NCBI GenBank assembly: GCA_038058815.1
Contig: JBBUAH010000008.1
Span: 1-37,857 of the forward strand
DNA from: Patescibacteria group bacterium
Lineage (GTDB): Bacteria; Patescibacteriota; Minisyncoccia; Phycocordibacterales; PALSA-1337
Direction: 5' to 3'
DNA: 37,857 nucleotides
The translations under genes and the position numbers were made by a program. Positions 25,956 through 34,401 of this stretch are shown piece after piece. Position 1 is the stretch's first letter. The number at the start of each line of letters is the position of its first letter. The notes under the pieces were generated by a model. That model had not been told where the DNA came from. It saw only the letters and a program-made list of their open reading frames with translations, and did no database searches.

Positions 25956-26471
25956 TTATGCCCCCTTCACCATTTTATCGATGCTTTTATCCATTTCTTC
26001 CACTGAGGCTGGAGTTACAGCTGGAATAATATTTGGAATATCTACTACAGTTTCTGGTTGAATCTCTGCTACGGGTACTTCTTCTTTAATAATATTTGCA
26101 ATAGCAGCTTTCTTTCCTAGATAAGTAGCTTCTCTCACCGTATTTATAATAAGTATTCTTAGAACATGAGGGTTCTTCTCAAATTCTTTTTTAATACTTT
26201 CTATTTCACTCTTAGCCAGCTCAAACTTAAACCAACCGAAATAGCCCTGATCAAACTTATGATTAGCTGGACCGATCTTCTTTACCATAGTATACGCCAA
26301 GGTTCGAAGTTCTGGGGCTTCTTCAGCTATAAACTCTGCACCTTTCTTAGAAAGGGTTTCCCTTAGAATAGAGACTTCAGAAGTCACTTTTTCTGCGGGT
26401 ATTGAAGACACGAGAAGGTATCCTATTTCATATACCTGTGTCTTTTCTTCTTTTAAAGCTTTATCTTGCAT
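25956..26471 (-). CDS. rpsF: 30S ribosomal protein S6 (with a C-terminal extension)
   Basis: YEIGYLLVSSIP...LRTLAYTMVK...GYFGWFKFEL...HVLRILIINTV matches S6. The gene order rpsF-ssb-rpsR is canonical. The start is set at ATG 26471. The ORF-track start at 26552 is a GTG adding 27 non-conserved residues. Confidence 0.85.
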   Translation of the reverse strand: MQDKALKEEKTQVYEIGYLLVSSIPAEKVTSEVSILRETLSKKGAEFIAEEAPELRTLAYTMVKKIGPANHKFDQGYFGWFKFELAKSEIESIKKEFEKNPHVLRILIINTVREATYLGKKAAIANIIKEEVPVAEIQPETVVDIPNIIPAVTPASVEEMDKSIDKMVKGA

Positions 26472-26711
26472 TTCTTTATGCCTTTTGGGCAATAGTGACA
26501 ATAATCCACCCAAATTAGTGGAGCATGACCCGTGCGAGTCAGGATTGTTCACGTATTAAGTTGATAATTTGCACGTATATGCAGACTACCATACAGCAAG
26601 ATAAAGTTCAATCATCGACGCCATGGTGAATGGCATGATGTTGATAATATCAAAGCGAGATAAAATCCTGATAAAAAAATAATGAATTTTTGATAAAGTT
26701 TTGAGTTTTTC

Positions 26712-27485
26712 TTAGATAAGAAACAACCTCCTCGCATTGTCAACTAAATGCGGAAGTACTTTCTCCAAAGGCTCTCCCCTAATTGAAGCGATAGTATGTG
26801 CTACTTCCGTTACAAAGGAAGGTTCATTTCTTTCTCCTCTATGAGGCACAGGTGTCACGAGCGGTGCATCTGTCTCTGTCATTATCATATTTAATGGTAC
26901 TTTTTTTATAATATCATCATATACTCTGGTAAATGTGATAACCCCGGTAAATGATAATCTAAATCCAAGATCAATAAATTGCCTTCCCTCTTCCCAATCT
27001 CCAGCGAAAAAATGGACATCACCATGAACCTTGGCATGTTTCTTTAAGATTTCAATAGCATCCTTATATGCATTCTGACCTGCAATTAATCCATTTCTCA
27101 AATGTAAAACGAGTGGCTTCTTCAATTCATTTGCTGTAGCAATATGCTTTTTAAAGATTTCTCTTTGCATTTCACGATTTTCATATCCTTGTCTTGAATA
27201 ATCAAAACCACATTCCCCTATTCCCACGACTTTCGGATTCTGTGCTAGCTTCTTATATAAATCAAAATTAAACTTTTCATTTGAAATTTCTGTAGGATGA
27301 AGACCTATAGTAGCCCAAATATCAGGATTCCCTTCGGCAATCTTTATTGCCTTCTCTGAAGTATTATAATCCGTACCTACTACTATCATACCGACCCCCT
27401 TTTTCCTTGCACGAGAAATAGTATCGTTTAGATCAATATCAAATTCATCAGAATTAAGATGGCAGTGAATGTCTATGTATTTCAT
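26712..27485 (-). CDS. tatD: TatD-family metal-dependent hydrolase/DNase
   Basis: 257 aa with IDIHCHLN, IGECGFDY, LVLHLRN, HFFAG and TETDAP motifs. It lies directly downstream of metG, as in many bacteria. Confidence 0.92.
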   Translation of the reverse strand: MKYIDIHCHLNSDEFDIDLNDTISRARKKGVGMIVVGTDYNTSEKAIKIAEGNPDIWATIGLHPTEISNEKFNFDLYKKLAQNPKVVGIGECGFDYSRQGYENREMQREIFKKHIATANELKKPLVLHLRNGLIAGQNAYKDAIEILKKHAKVHGDVHFFAGDWEEGRQFIDLGFRLSFTGVITFTRVYDDIIKKVPLNMIMTETDAPLVTPVPHRGERNEPSFVTEVAHTIASIRGEPLEKVLPHLVDNARRLFLI

Positions 27486-27492
27486 AAATATT

Positions 27493-28929
27493 CTATTTCC
27501 TCAAAAACAAAGGATTTTCTACTTTTCCAGCTTTTATGGCATTTAAAATCTTCATCGAAGTCTCTGGTAATATAGGTTCCAATGCTTTGGCAATATGATA
27601 AATACTAGCAAGTAAGAAAGAGATTTGCTCTTTGCCTTTTTTCTCATCTATTTTAATAGTCTTGAACGGCTGATTTTCTTGAATAAATTTATCCGTAGCT
27701 TGAATCCTATTCCAAATATCATCGCAGACTTTATTTATTTCGAATTTTGCGTAAAATTCTTCATGTTTCTTATGGTCAAGATTGGGAGCAGATTTTTCAT
27801 CAAGAGACACATTATTTACCTCTGCCATCTTCATCACTCTACTTACAAGATTACCAAGTCCATTTGCTAAATGTGCATTATATGCCTCTTTAAACATTTC
27901 CATAGTGAAAGGGCTGTCTTCGAATGGATGTATTTCGCGTAGGACATAATAGCGTAAAGCATCAGTTCCATATTCTTTTACAATATCTATTGGATTTATT
28001 ACATTACCCAGTGATTTACTCATTTTTATACCACCTTCACCAGTCACGAATCCATCGATCACTATTTGACGAGAGTTTGGTAAATCTACTGACATAAGTA
28101 TGGCTTGCCACATTGCTGATTGTTGGCGAAGATTATCTTTTCCACAATATTGAACGACATTTTCTGAATCAATCCACCATTTCTTAAATTTCTTCATATC
28201 ATGAGGCCAGCCGACCGCTGAAATATAATTTGTAAGTGCATCAAACCATACATACATGACATGCTCTGAATCATCGGGTACCTCTATTCCCCAAGACATT
28301 TTACTCTTAAGACGAGATATACTGAAATCTTGCAAGCCTCTTTCAACAAATGCCTTTATTTCATTGAATCTAAAAGAAGGGACAACAAAATCTGGATTCT
28401 TAGCATAAAGATCAAGAAGTGACTTCTGGAATTCAGAAAATTTGAAGAAATAATTTTCTTCATCGATTTCTTCTATATTCATAAGTAGATGTATTGGACA
28501 TTTGCCATCAGTAAGCTCGCCATCAGTCTTCTCCAATTCACAACCTATGCAATATTTTATTTTATAGTTTTTCTTATATATGAATCCACGTTCTTTACAG
28601 ATTTTCCATAGAGCTTGAGTCGACTTTATATGATTCTTATCTGTAGTTCTAATAAAATTAATATCAGATGAAATACCAAGGAGTGGCAATAATTTCTTAA
28701 ACTTTCCTGCATTACCATCGACATACTTTTTAACATCAATGCCCAAGGCGAGAGCATTACGCTCTATTTTTGACCCATGTTCATCTGTTCCAGTATTGAA
28801 AAACACTCCATATCCAGAAAGTCTCTTCGCCCTGGCGATCACATCTGCACGGATTATTTCCATAGCGAAACCCACATGTGGATCAGCATTTACATAGGGC
28901 AATGTTGTGGTTATATAGAAATTTTTCAT
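27493..28929 (-). CDS. metG: methionyl-tRNA synthetase (short form, no C-terminal tRNA-binding extension)
   Basis: 478 aa with LPYVNADPHVGFAME (the HIGH position reads HVGF), a knuckle CIGCE...GKCPIH, WFDALTNY and KMSKS (IKMSKSLGN). Confidence 0.93.
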   Translation of the reverse strand: MKNFYITTTLPYVNADPHVGFAMEIIRADVIARAKRLSGYGVFFNTGTDEHGSKIERNALALGIDVKKYVDGNAGKFKKLLPLLGISSDINFIRTTDKNHIKSTQALWKICKERGFIYKKNYKIKYCIGCELEKTDGELTDGKCPIHLLMNIEEIDEENYFFKFSEFQKSLLDLYAKNPDFVVPSFRFNEIKAFVERGLQDFSISRLKSKMSWGIEVPDDSEHVMYVWFDALTNYISAVGWPHDMKKFKKWWIDSENVVQYCGKDNLRQQSAMWQAILMSVDLPNSRQIVIDGFVTGEGGIKMSKSLGNVINPIDIVKEYGTDALRYYVLREIHPFEDSPFTMEMFKEAYNAHLANGLGNLVSRVMKMAEVNNVSLDEKSAPNLDHKKHEEFYAKFEINKVCDDIWNRIQATDKFIQENQPFKTIKIDEKKGKEQISFLLASIYHIAKALEPILPETSMKILNAIKAGKVENPLFLRK

Positions 28930-28932
28930 TCT

Positions 28933-30207
28933 TTAATCTTTAAATGTAAGAATTTTCTCAATTTGATCTTTATCCTTATACGGACCAATTATAGCTAAAT
29001 TCAGCCCTTCGTCCACAAAGATTTTCTTTGCAATATCTTTCACTTCCTTTACAGTGACTTTCTGTATTTTCTTTATTTCTCCTTGTGGAGAATTGATTTT
29101 ACCCTTTAATATTTGATTTATGGCAAAATATTCGGCGCGGGAGTCCGATGTCTCAAGTCCAAGCAAGAAAGAACCGCATATATAATCCTTAACCTTTTTC
29201 ATTTCATCATTATTTATTGGATCATTTATTATTTTTTTGCATTCTGATAAAAGCACTTTTATGACTTCTTCAATCCTTTTCGTATCTATACCAGCTGAAA
29301 TAGAGAAAAGTCCATGATCAGTATAAGCATCATGATTGGCACGAATATAGTATCCGACACCCATCTCTTCACGTAATTTCTGGAAAAGCCTGCTACTCAT
29401 ACCACTTCCAAGAAGTGTGGAAAGTACGGCTAGAGTATGATCATATTTACTATTAGCACTAAACGATCTCATACCCAAGACTAGATGTGCTTGATCTGTT
29501 TCTTTAAATTTAACAAGTACCTTCGGCCTTGTTTGCTCTTCTTTTACCGCTATCTTCTTCGTCTTATTCCCCACTGATATATCTTTGAAAATCTTTTCAA
29601 TCTTTTTTATTATAGTCTTTTCATTGAATGAACCAGAGATTATGACTGTAGTAGCATCCACCACATAATGCTCCTTTCTATATTTAATAAAATGATTTTG
29701 ATTAAAGCTTTTCACATTCTCTTCGCTACCAGCAATATTCCACCCCGCCGGCTGATCTCCATATACAAGATTCATAAAAAGATCATGTATATGTCTCTGT
29801 GGCATATCTTGATACATTCTTATCTCTTCCACTATCACCCCCTTTTCTTTTTCGATTTCAGAGCTATCTAATAAAGAATTTAGATAAATATCAGAGACAA
29901 CATCAAGCGCCGTATCTAAATGCTTCGGATTTACCTTGGCATAATATCCTGTATATTCTTGAGAAGTAAAAGCATTGTATTGAGCTCCAATTGAATCTAG
30001 TTCTTTGGAAATATCTATGGACTTCGGTCTTTTCTTAGTTCCCTTAAAAACCATATGCTCTAGGAAATGCGATAGACCATTTATCTCCTTTGTCTCATAT
30101 TTCGAACCAGTTTCCACCATAACAAGAACCGTGACTGCGGGATTATCAGTCATAGGTATTGTGATTACTTTTAATCCATTTTTTAGTATTGTTTTTTTGA
30201 ATTTCAT
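28933..30207 (-). CDS. M16-family (insulinase/pitrilysin-like) zinc peptidase
   Basis: 424 aa with the inverted zinc motif HFLEHMVFKGT (HxxEH) and a downstream Glu-containing region EKGVIVEEI. Confidence 0.9.
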   Translation of the reverse strand: MKFKKTILKNGLKVITIPMTDNPAVTVLVMVETGSKYETKEINGLSHFLEHMVFKGTKKRPKSIDISKELDSIGAQYNAFTSQEYTGYYAKVNPKHLDTALDVVSDIYLNSLLDSSEIEKEKGVIVEEIRMYQDMPQRHIHDLFMNLVYGDQPAGWNIAGSEENVKSFNQNHFIKYRKEHYVVDATTVIISGSFNEKTIIKKIEKIFKDISVGNKTKKIAVKEEQTRPKVLVKFKETDQAHLVLGMRSFSANSKYDHTLAVLSTLLGSGMSSRLFQKLREEMGVGYYIRANHDAYTDHGLFSISAGIDTKRIEEVIKVLLSECKKIINDPINNDEMKKVKDYICGSFLLGLETSDSRAEYFAINQILKGKINSPQGEIKKIQKVTVKEVKDIAKKIFVDEGLNLAIIGPYKDKDQIEKILTFKD

Positions 30208-31526
30208 CAGAAAACTTTCTCTTTTATGTGTTTAATCAATTCTTCTATTCCAACCCTCTCCTGCTTCCCTGTATCTCTATCACGCACCGTCACTCCTGCA
30301 TTTTTTTCTATAGTATCGAAGTCCACCGTGACACATATAGGTGTTCCGATCTCATCTTGTCTTCTATATCTTTTTCCTATATTTCCATTATCGTCAAATG
30401 CCACCCCTGAAATTTCTTTTTTCAGCATTTTATATATTTCGCGAGCTTTTTCAACCAAAGCTGGTTTATTCTTCAATAATGGAAAAACTGCCACTTTTAT
30501 CGGTGCCATTTTTGGTGAGAATTTCAGATAAACTCTTTTCTCTCCATCTATTTCATCTTCGGTATATGCATCAGAGAGTACGGCTAAGACAGTTCTCTCG
30601 ACTCCGAATGAAGGCTCTATACAATGTGGAATAAATCTTTCTTTACTCTCTTCATCATAATAAGAAAGGTCAACTTTACTTACTTCTGAATGTTGCCTAA
30701 GATCAAAGTCGGTTCTATAAGCTAATCCATAAAGCTCATCTTTACCAAAAGGAAAATCGAATTCAAAGTCAATTGTCTTTTTCGAATAATGTGCCCTTTC
30801 ACCATCAGGAACTTCCAATTCATGAATATGTTTAGGATTTATTCCAATATCTTTTATAAATCCATGAATTTCATTTTTAAAGCTTTCAAAAGTCTCTTTC
30901 CAGCTTTTAGAATCTACAAAATATTCAATCTCCATCTGCTCAAATTCTCTAGTACGAAAGATAAAGTCTCGGGGAGAGATTTCATTTCGAAAGGCCTTAC
31001 CTATCTGTGCAAGTCCAAATGGTAATTTCGGATGAAAGCTGTCAAGAACATTTTTAAAATTTACAAACATACCTTGTGCTGTTTCTGGTCTAAGATATGA
31101 AATAGAATCCTCGTTTTCTATAGGACCGACATTTGTTTTAAACATCATATTGAATTGTCTGGACTCACCGAGCCCGCCTTCACAATCTGGACATTTTGAT
31201 GGATCTTCTATCTGATCAGCACGGAAACGATGATTACACTTTTTACATTGAACGAGTGGATCGGAAAAGCCAGAAACATGCCCGCTCGCCTTCCATACAT
31301 TCTGATTCATTAAGATCGAAGCATCTACTTTATACATATCGTCACGATTTTCTACAAACCTTTTCCACCAGAGTTGTTTTATATTATCTTTCAAGACCAC
31401 GCCGAGAGAACCGAAATCCCATGTACCCGAAAGTCCACCGTATATTTCCGATCCTTGAAATATGAATCCTCGCCTTTTGCATAGCGATATGATTTTCTCC
31501 ATTTTATTTTCTTCTTTTATTGCCAT
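30207..31526 (-). CDS. glyQS: glycyl-tRNA synthetase (alpha2 homodimeric type)
   Basis: 439 aa with RRGFIFQGSEIYGGLSGTWDFGSLG, RPETAQG, GLAQIGKAFRNEISPR, FEQMEIEYF and PHCIEPSFGVERTVLAVL. The stop overlaps the start of the M16 gene by 1 nt. Confidence 0.94.
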   Translation of the reverse strand: MAIKEENKMEKIISLCKRRGFIFQGSEIYGGLSGTWDFGSLGVVLKDNIKQLWWKRFVENRDDMYKVDASILMNQNVWKASGHVSGFSDPLVQCKKCNHRFRADQIEDPSKCPDCEGGLGESRQFNMMFKTNVGPIENEDSISYLRPETAQGMFVNFKNVLDSFHPKLPFGLAQIGKAFRNEISPRDFIFRTREFEQMEIEYFVDSKSWKETFESFKNEIHGFIKDIGINPKHIHELEVPDGERAHYSKKTIDFEFDFPFGKDELYGLAYRTDFDLRQHSEVSKVDLSYYDEESKERFIPHCIEPSFGVERTVLAVLSDAYTEDEIDGEKRVYLKFSPKMAPIKVAVFPLLKNKPALVEKAREIYKMLKKEISGVAFDDNGNIGKRYRRQDEIGTPICVTVDFDTIEKNAGVTVRDRDTGKQERVGIEELIKHIKEKVF

Positions 31527-31539
31527 ATTTATTATTTGA

Positions 31540-33477
31540 TTATTGAATTACCTTTTCATCACCATCCTTAAACATCTGATCTGTACTGAAACGTGTATTC
31601 AATTGCCCTAGGGAATTATTGAGAGTCTGTAGTGTGAAATCATCTTGTGCTGTAATCGATGCTTGATTTACCAAAACAGGGATCTGACCGACTTGCGTAA
31701 TACTTGGCGTAAGTGAGACTTGAAATGCTACTTGTCTTCTATGTGAACTATTGAAGGCGTACGTATCTACATTACCAATTCTCCATACTATTTGTCCATC
31801 GACACTGTTATAAGAAATATCTTCTCCTGAAGGATTTATTTTACCTATCCATTTTACATATGGTGGTAAACTAGAATGTACTTCAGCATCTGTCACTGTA
31901 CTAGAAGTATTATCGACAGTCCAGACTATGGTATATGTAGTCGGTTGTTCGGCTTTAGGTGGTATAAAGCCAGTGTTTTCGAATGGTCCAGTCGAACGTA
32001 TGACTTGTCCGCTTAAAGAAAGATTTGATGAAATCTTTATACGCCTATTGGCACTTGATGCTATATTTTCTGGAACATTTGTTTCGGAATTTCTTTTACC
32101 CTTCATATTTACATCTATAGAGATATTTGGATTTATAATAGTCTTTTGCGAATTACTTAGATCGCGTGGAATAATATTGAAACTGACACGCCCACCTTCT
32201 CCAGCACTGATATCTGCTAGTTCTTTATTTGTGATTTGATTCCAGACTATTTCATTTGTTATGGAATTATATACACCTTGATCTGGAGATACAGAAAGCT
32301 TATCAAGAGCTGTACCAGTAAGCTTCACATGTATTTTTCCATCAATTACAGATGTCTGTAAATTGTTGAAATATAGAACCTCGACTTTAATCGGATTATT
32401 AAATTTTCCTATATATTCTTGGCTATCACTATTTCCTTCTATGGATAATCCGACACTTACAAATGGTTTCTTTATTGCAACTTCTTGAGTGCTAGAAACA
32501 TATTCTGTACCGATAACCTTCTCATTTCGTACACTTTGTGCTCCTGTGATAAATCTAAAGATTCTTGTTTCATCGTCTTGTCCATCAAGCTTTCCCTTTA
32601 TCTTTATTGTTTTCTTTCCTCCCGGAGGTATATCCCCTATTTTCCATACTGTATTATCAGAAAAAGGTTTAGTATCAGAAGATATAAAAGTAAAACCGAA
32701 AGGATATACAGCCTTCAATAAAATATTCTTTATCACTTCTTTTGAATTAGAAGTCATATTGACAGAAAGTTCGAATTCTTGGCTTGAATTCACTTCTTTA
32801 AATGAATTGGTCAATAAAGTAAGGGGTGAGGAGCTGATAAGAAGATCAAATGTTTTTTCTTTTTGGAAAATAGCATTTGATCCTTTTACTCTATATTCGA
32901 CTGTTACCTTTATCTCTTTTTTACTATTTTCTTCTCCGTATACGACAGCTTTAATCGTCTTCTGGCCAATACCACCTGGTTCTATATCGTTTAACAATTC
33001 TCTGAATGTCTTCAATTCTTTTGTTGTATCTTCAGAATCCGTAGTGCCAGAAGGAAAATCTACAGAAAGGTCAACTGTTTCAAGCTTTATATTATTTTTA
33101 TTTGAAACTTGAATATCGAAGGAAACAGGCTCACCACCAGCGACAGATACTGGCCCACCTATTGTAATATCGATATTATTTGCTGAAACAATATTTGATC
33201 CATTGAATACAAGATACAAGCCAATACCAAGAGCTATTAAGAAAAATATTATCGATCCAATAAAGAGTTTTGTAAAAAATGACATGGAATTATCTTTGTA
33301 TTGTGTATTCAATTTAACATCCTCTCTTGGCCATTCTTCCTTATGTTCCCAATCTGTATTCATATCCATTTCTTGCCGAGTAAATCTCAAGCGCCTTTTC
33401 GTACGAATATCAGGCGCACTTCGAGAATAAAGGGATTTCTTTAATTCTTCAATTCTACTTTGTTCATCAGGGGTCAT
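31540..33477 (-). CDS. membrane-anchored hypothetical protein with a large beta-sandwich-repeat ectodomain
   Basis: 645 aa with a charged N-terminal cytoplasmic segment, one TM helix (FFTKLFIGSIIFFLIALGIGLYLVF) and then repeated CARDB/DUF11-like sandwich-type segments (e.g. GEPVSFDIQVSNKNN, GDIPPGGKKTIKIKGKL, AGEGGRVSFNIIP). Confidence 0.8.
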   Translation of the reverse strand: MTPDEQSRIEELKKSLYSRSAPDIRTKRRLRFTRQEMDMNTDWEHKEEWPREDVKLNTQYKDNSMSFFTKLFIGSIIFFLIALGIGLYLVFNGSNIVSANNIDITIGGPVSVAGGEPVSFDIQVSNKNNIKLETVDLSVDFPSGTTDSEDTTKELKTFRELLNDIEPGGIGQKTIKAVVYGEENSKKEIKVTVEYRVKGSNAIFQKEKTFDLLISSSPLTLLTNSFKEVNSSQEFELSVNMTSNSKEVIKNILLKAVYPFGFTFISSDTKPFSDNTVWKIGDIPPGGKKTIKIKGKLDGQDDETRIFRFITGAQSVRNEKVIGTEYVSSTQEVAIKKPFVSVGLSIEGNSDSQEYIGKFNNPIKVEVLYFNNLQTSVIDGKIHVKLTGTALDKLSVSPDQGVYNSITNEIVWNQITNKELADISAGEGGRVSFNIIPRDLSNSQKTIINPNISIDVNMKGKRNSETNVPENIASSANRRIKISSNLSLSGQVIRSTGPFENTGFIPPKAEQPTTYTIVWTVDNTSSTVTDAEVHSSLPPYVKWIGKINPSGEDISYNSVDGQIVWRIGNVDTYAFNSSHRRQVAFQVSLTPSITQVGQIPVLVNQASITAQDDFTLQTLNNSLGQLNTRFSTDQMFKDGDEKVIQ

Positions 33478-33490
33478 GGCAAATATTATA

Positions 33491-34048
33491 TCATAGTTGG
33501 CTTTCTTTGAGAGCTGTATTTATAACCCTGATAATCTTACTCTTATTCTCATTCATATTCTTGATTATGTCCTCATTGATAGAATTATTCTCTAGGAAAA
33601 TATTTAATTTCTCTGTATTTCTTATATACCCCAGAGTGCTCAATATTCTCAAAACCGTCAAACATTCCACACTATTATAATCTTTCTCTTTTATATCAGC
33701 TTTATACAAAGTCTCTATTATTTCAAATAGCTTTTCATTTTTTTCTTCTCCATGAAGTAATCTCTTTAATAATTTGAGAATTTTAATGTGTAAAATATTT
33801 GGTTTTACTTTATTTTCAATTTCATGTGCACCTGTCAATCTCCATACCTCCTTTCCCCTGACTATGGAAATATTTGTATAGTCAAAATCTTGAATATGAT
33901 AACGAAGTTTGGATTTATTGAGTCGTATTCCCTGTGCCAAGGCCCCTATCATACCGAAATTCTCTGTAAATATAAGTAGGAATTTCCCAGATTCACCATG
34001 TGGAGTACTGGATATTATAAATGCGGAAGTTGTGTATATATGATGCAT
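33491..34048 (-). CDS. recO: DNA repair protein RecO (short form)
   Basis: 185 aa. The N-terminal OB-fold pattern (AFIISSTPHGESGKFLLIFTENFGMIGALAQGIRLNKSKLRYHIQDFDY..ISIVRGKEVWRLTGA) is typical of RecO. The C-terminal half is shorter than in E. coli RecO. Confidence 0.75.
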   Translation of the reverse strand: MHHIYTTSAFIISSTPHGESGKFLLIFTENFGMIGALAQGIRLNKSKLRYHIQDFDYTNISIVRGKEVWRLTGAHEIENKVKPNILHIKILKLLKRLLHGEEKNEKLFEIIETLYKADIKEKDYNSVECLTVLRILSTLGYIRNTEKLNIFLENNSINEDIIKNMNENKSKIIRVINTALKESQL

Positions 34049-34117
34049 TTAGGGCAATTAAAAAATGGCTTTATTTAGCCATTTAATTGTAATACATTTG
34101 AGATAATTAAAAAATAC

Positions 34118-34145
34118 TTGACAAAAAATGTGGTTATGCTAGGAT
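34118..34145 (+). promoter_or_regulatory. candidate sigma70-type promoter of the orphan RNA
   Basis: Perfect TTGACA (34118-34123), a 16-nt spacer, then TAGGAT (34140-34145). The GC-rich block starts 4 nt later at GGGG (34149). Confidence 0.55.
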
Positions 34146-34148
34146 ATA

Positions 34149-34398
34149 GGGGTCGATGGGCTCGGGCGTTTATGTGGAGAAAGTCCCCCCCTATCGGCCT
34201 CCTCCGTTTGTCTTAAGCAGACGGAGAGCTCAGCGAGATGGTTTCCTAGGCTTTGGTCCAGTGTGTCAACGAGGGACAGTATGCACCTCGCTACGACATT
34301 CCACGCCAGACCTCAATTCACCCGTTGTGGGGGATTGCCTTGAGCGAGGAAAGGGCCATCTCACCCAGTCGCACGCTTAGGCGGGGCTGGGTTTTCTT
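34149..34398 (+). ncRNA. GC-rich structured RNA of unassigned family (possible strongly reduced RNase P RNA; alternatives are 6S-like or novel)
   Basis: Hand count gives ~59% GC over 34151-34390, within AT-rich flanks. It has a promoter upstream and a terminator at its 3' end. Internal helices: CTCC..GGAG hairpin 34202-34226; GGTCCAGTGTG (34255-34265) with CACGCCAGACC (34302-34312); long-range GAGATGGTTTCC (34235-34246) with GGAAAGGGCCATCTC (34348-34362). GGAGAAAGTCC (34176-34186) resembles RNase P CR-I, with a possible P4-like pairing AAGTCCCCC/GGGGGATT (34329-34336). Confidence 0.8.
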
Positions 34399-34401
34399 TT
34401 T
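34364..34401 (+). terminator. intrinsic terminator of the orphan RNA, overlapping the ileS stop codon
   Basis: CCCAG(T)CGC...GCG(GGG)CTGGG stem followed by TTTTCTTTTT (34392-34401). The ileS TAA is the rc of 34400-34402. Confidence 0.6.

Noticed and set aside
26472-26552. 27-codon N-terminal extension of S6 from the ORF-track start
   Set aside because: That start is a GTG, and the extra residues (MNNPDSHGSCSTNLGG...) are not S6-like. The ATG at 26471 gives a conventional S6 N-terminus shortly before YEIGYLL.
32489-33112. 207-aa plus-strand ORF, with neighbouring ones at 31928-32239, 32485-32721 and 33203-33430
   Set aside because: They are antisense to the 645-aa gene. Their Phe/Ser/Ile-rich low-complexity translations are typical of the reverse frame of AT-rich coding DNA.
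34156-34380. 74-aa plus-strand ORF (MGSGVYVEKVPPYRPPP...)
   Set aside because: It coincides exactly with the GC-rich structured block that has its own promoter and terminator. It has no plausible initiation context, and its Pro/Arg/Gly-rich translation is typical of a frame read through structured RNA.
34149-34398. Reading the GC-rich RNA as tmRNA, SRP RNA, a T-box or a riboswitch
   Set aside because: There is no tRNA-like 3' end (no GGTTCGAATCC-type T-loop, and no 3' complement to the 5' GGGGTCG). There is no SRP domain IV string (GGAAGCAGC context). For a T-box or riboswitch, no plus-strand gene lies downstream, and the element is 3' of ileS rather than 5' of it.
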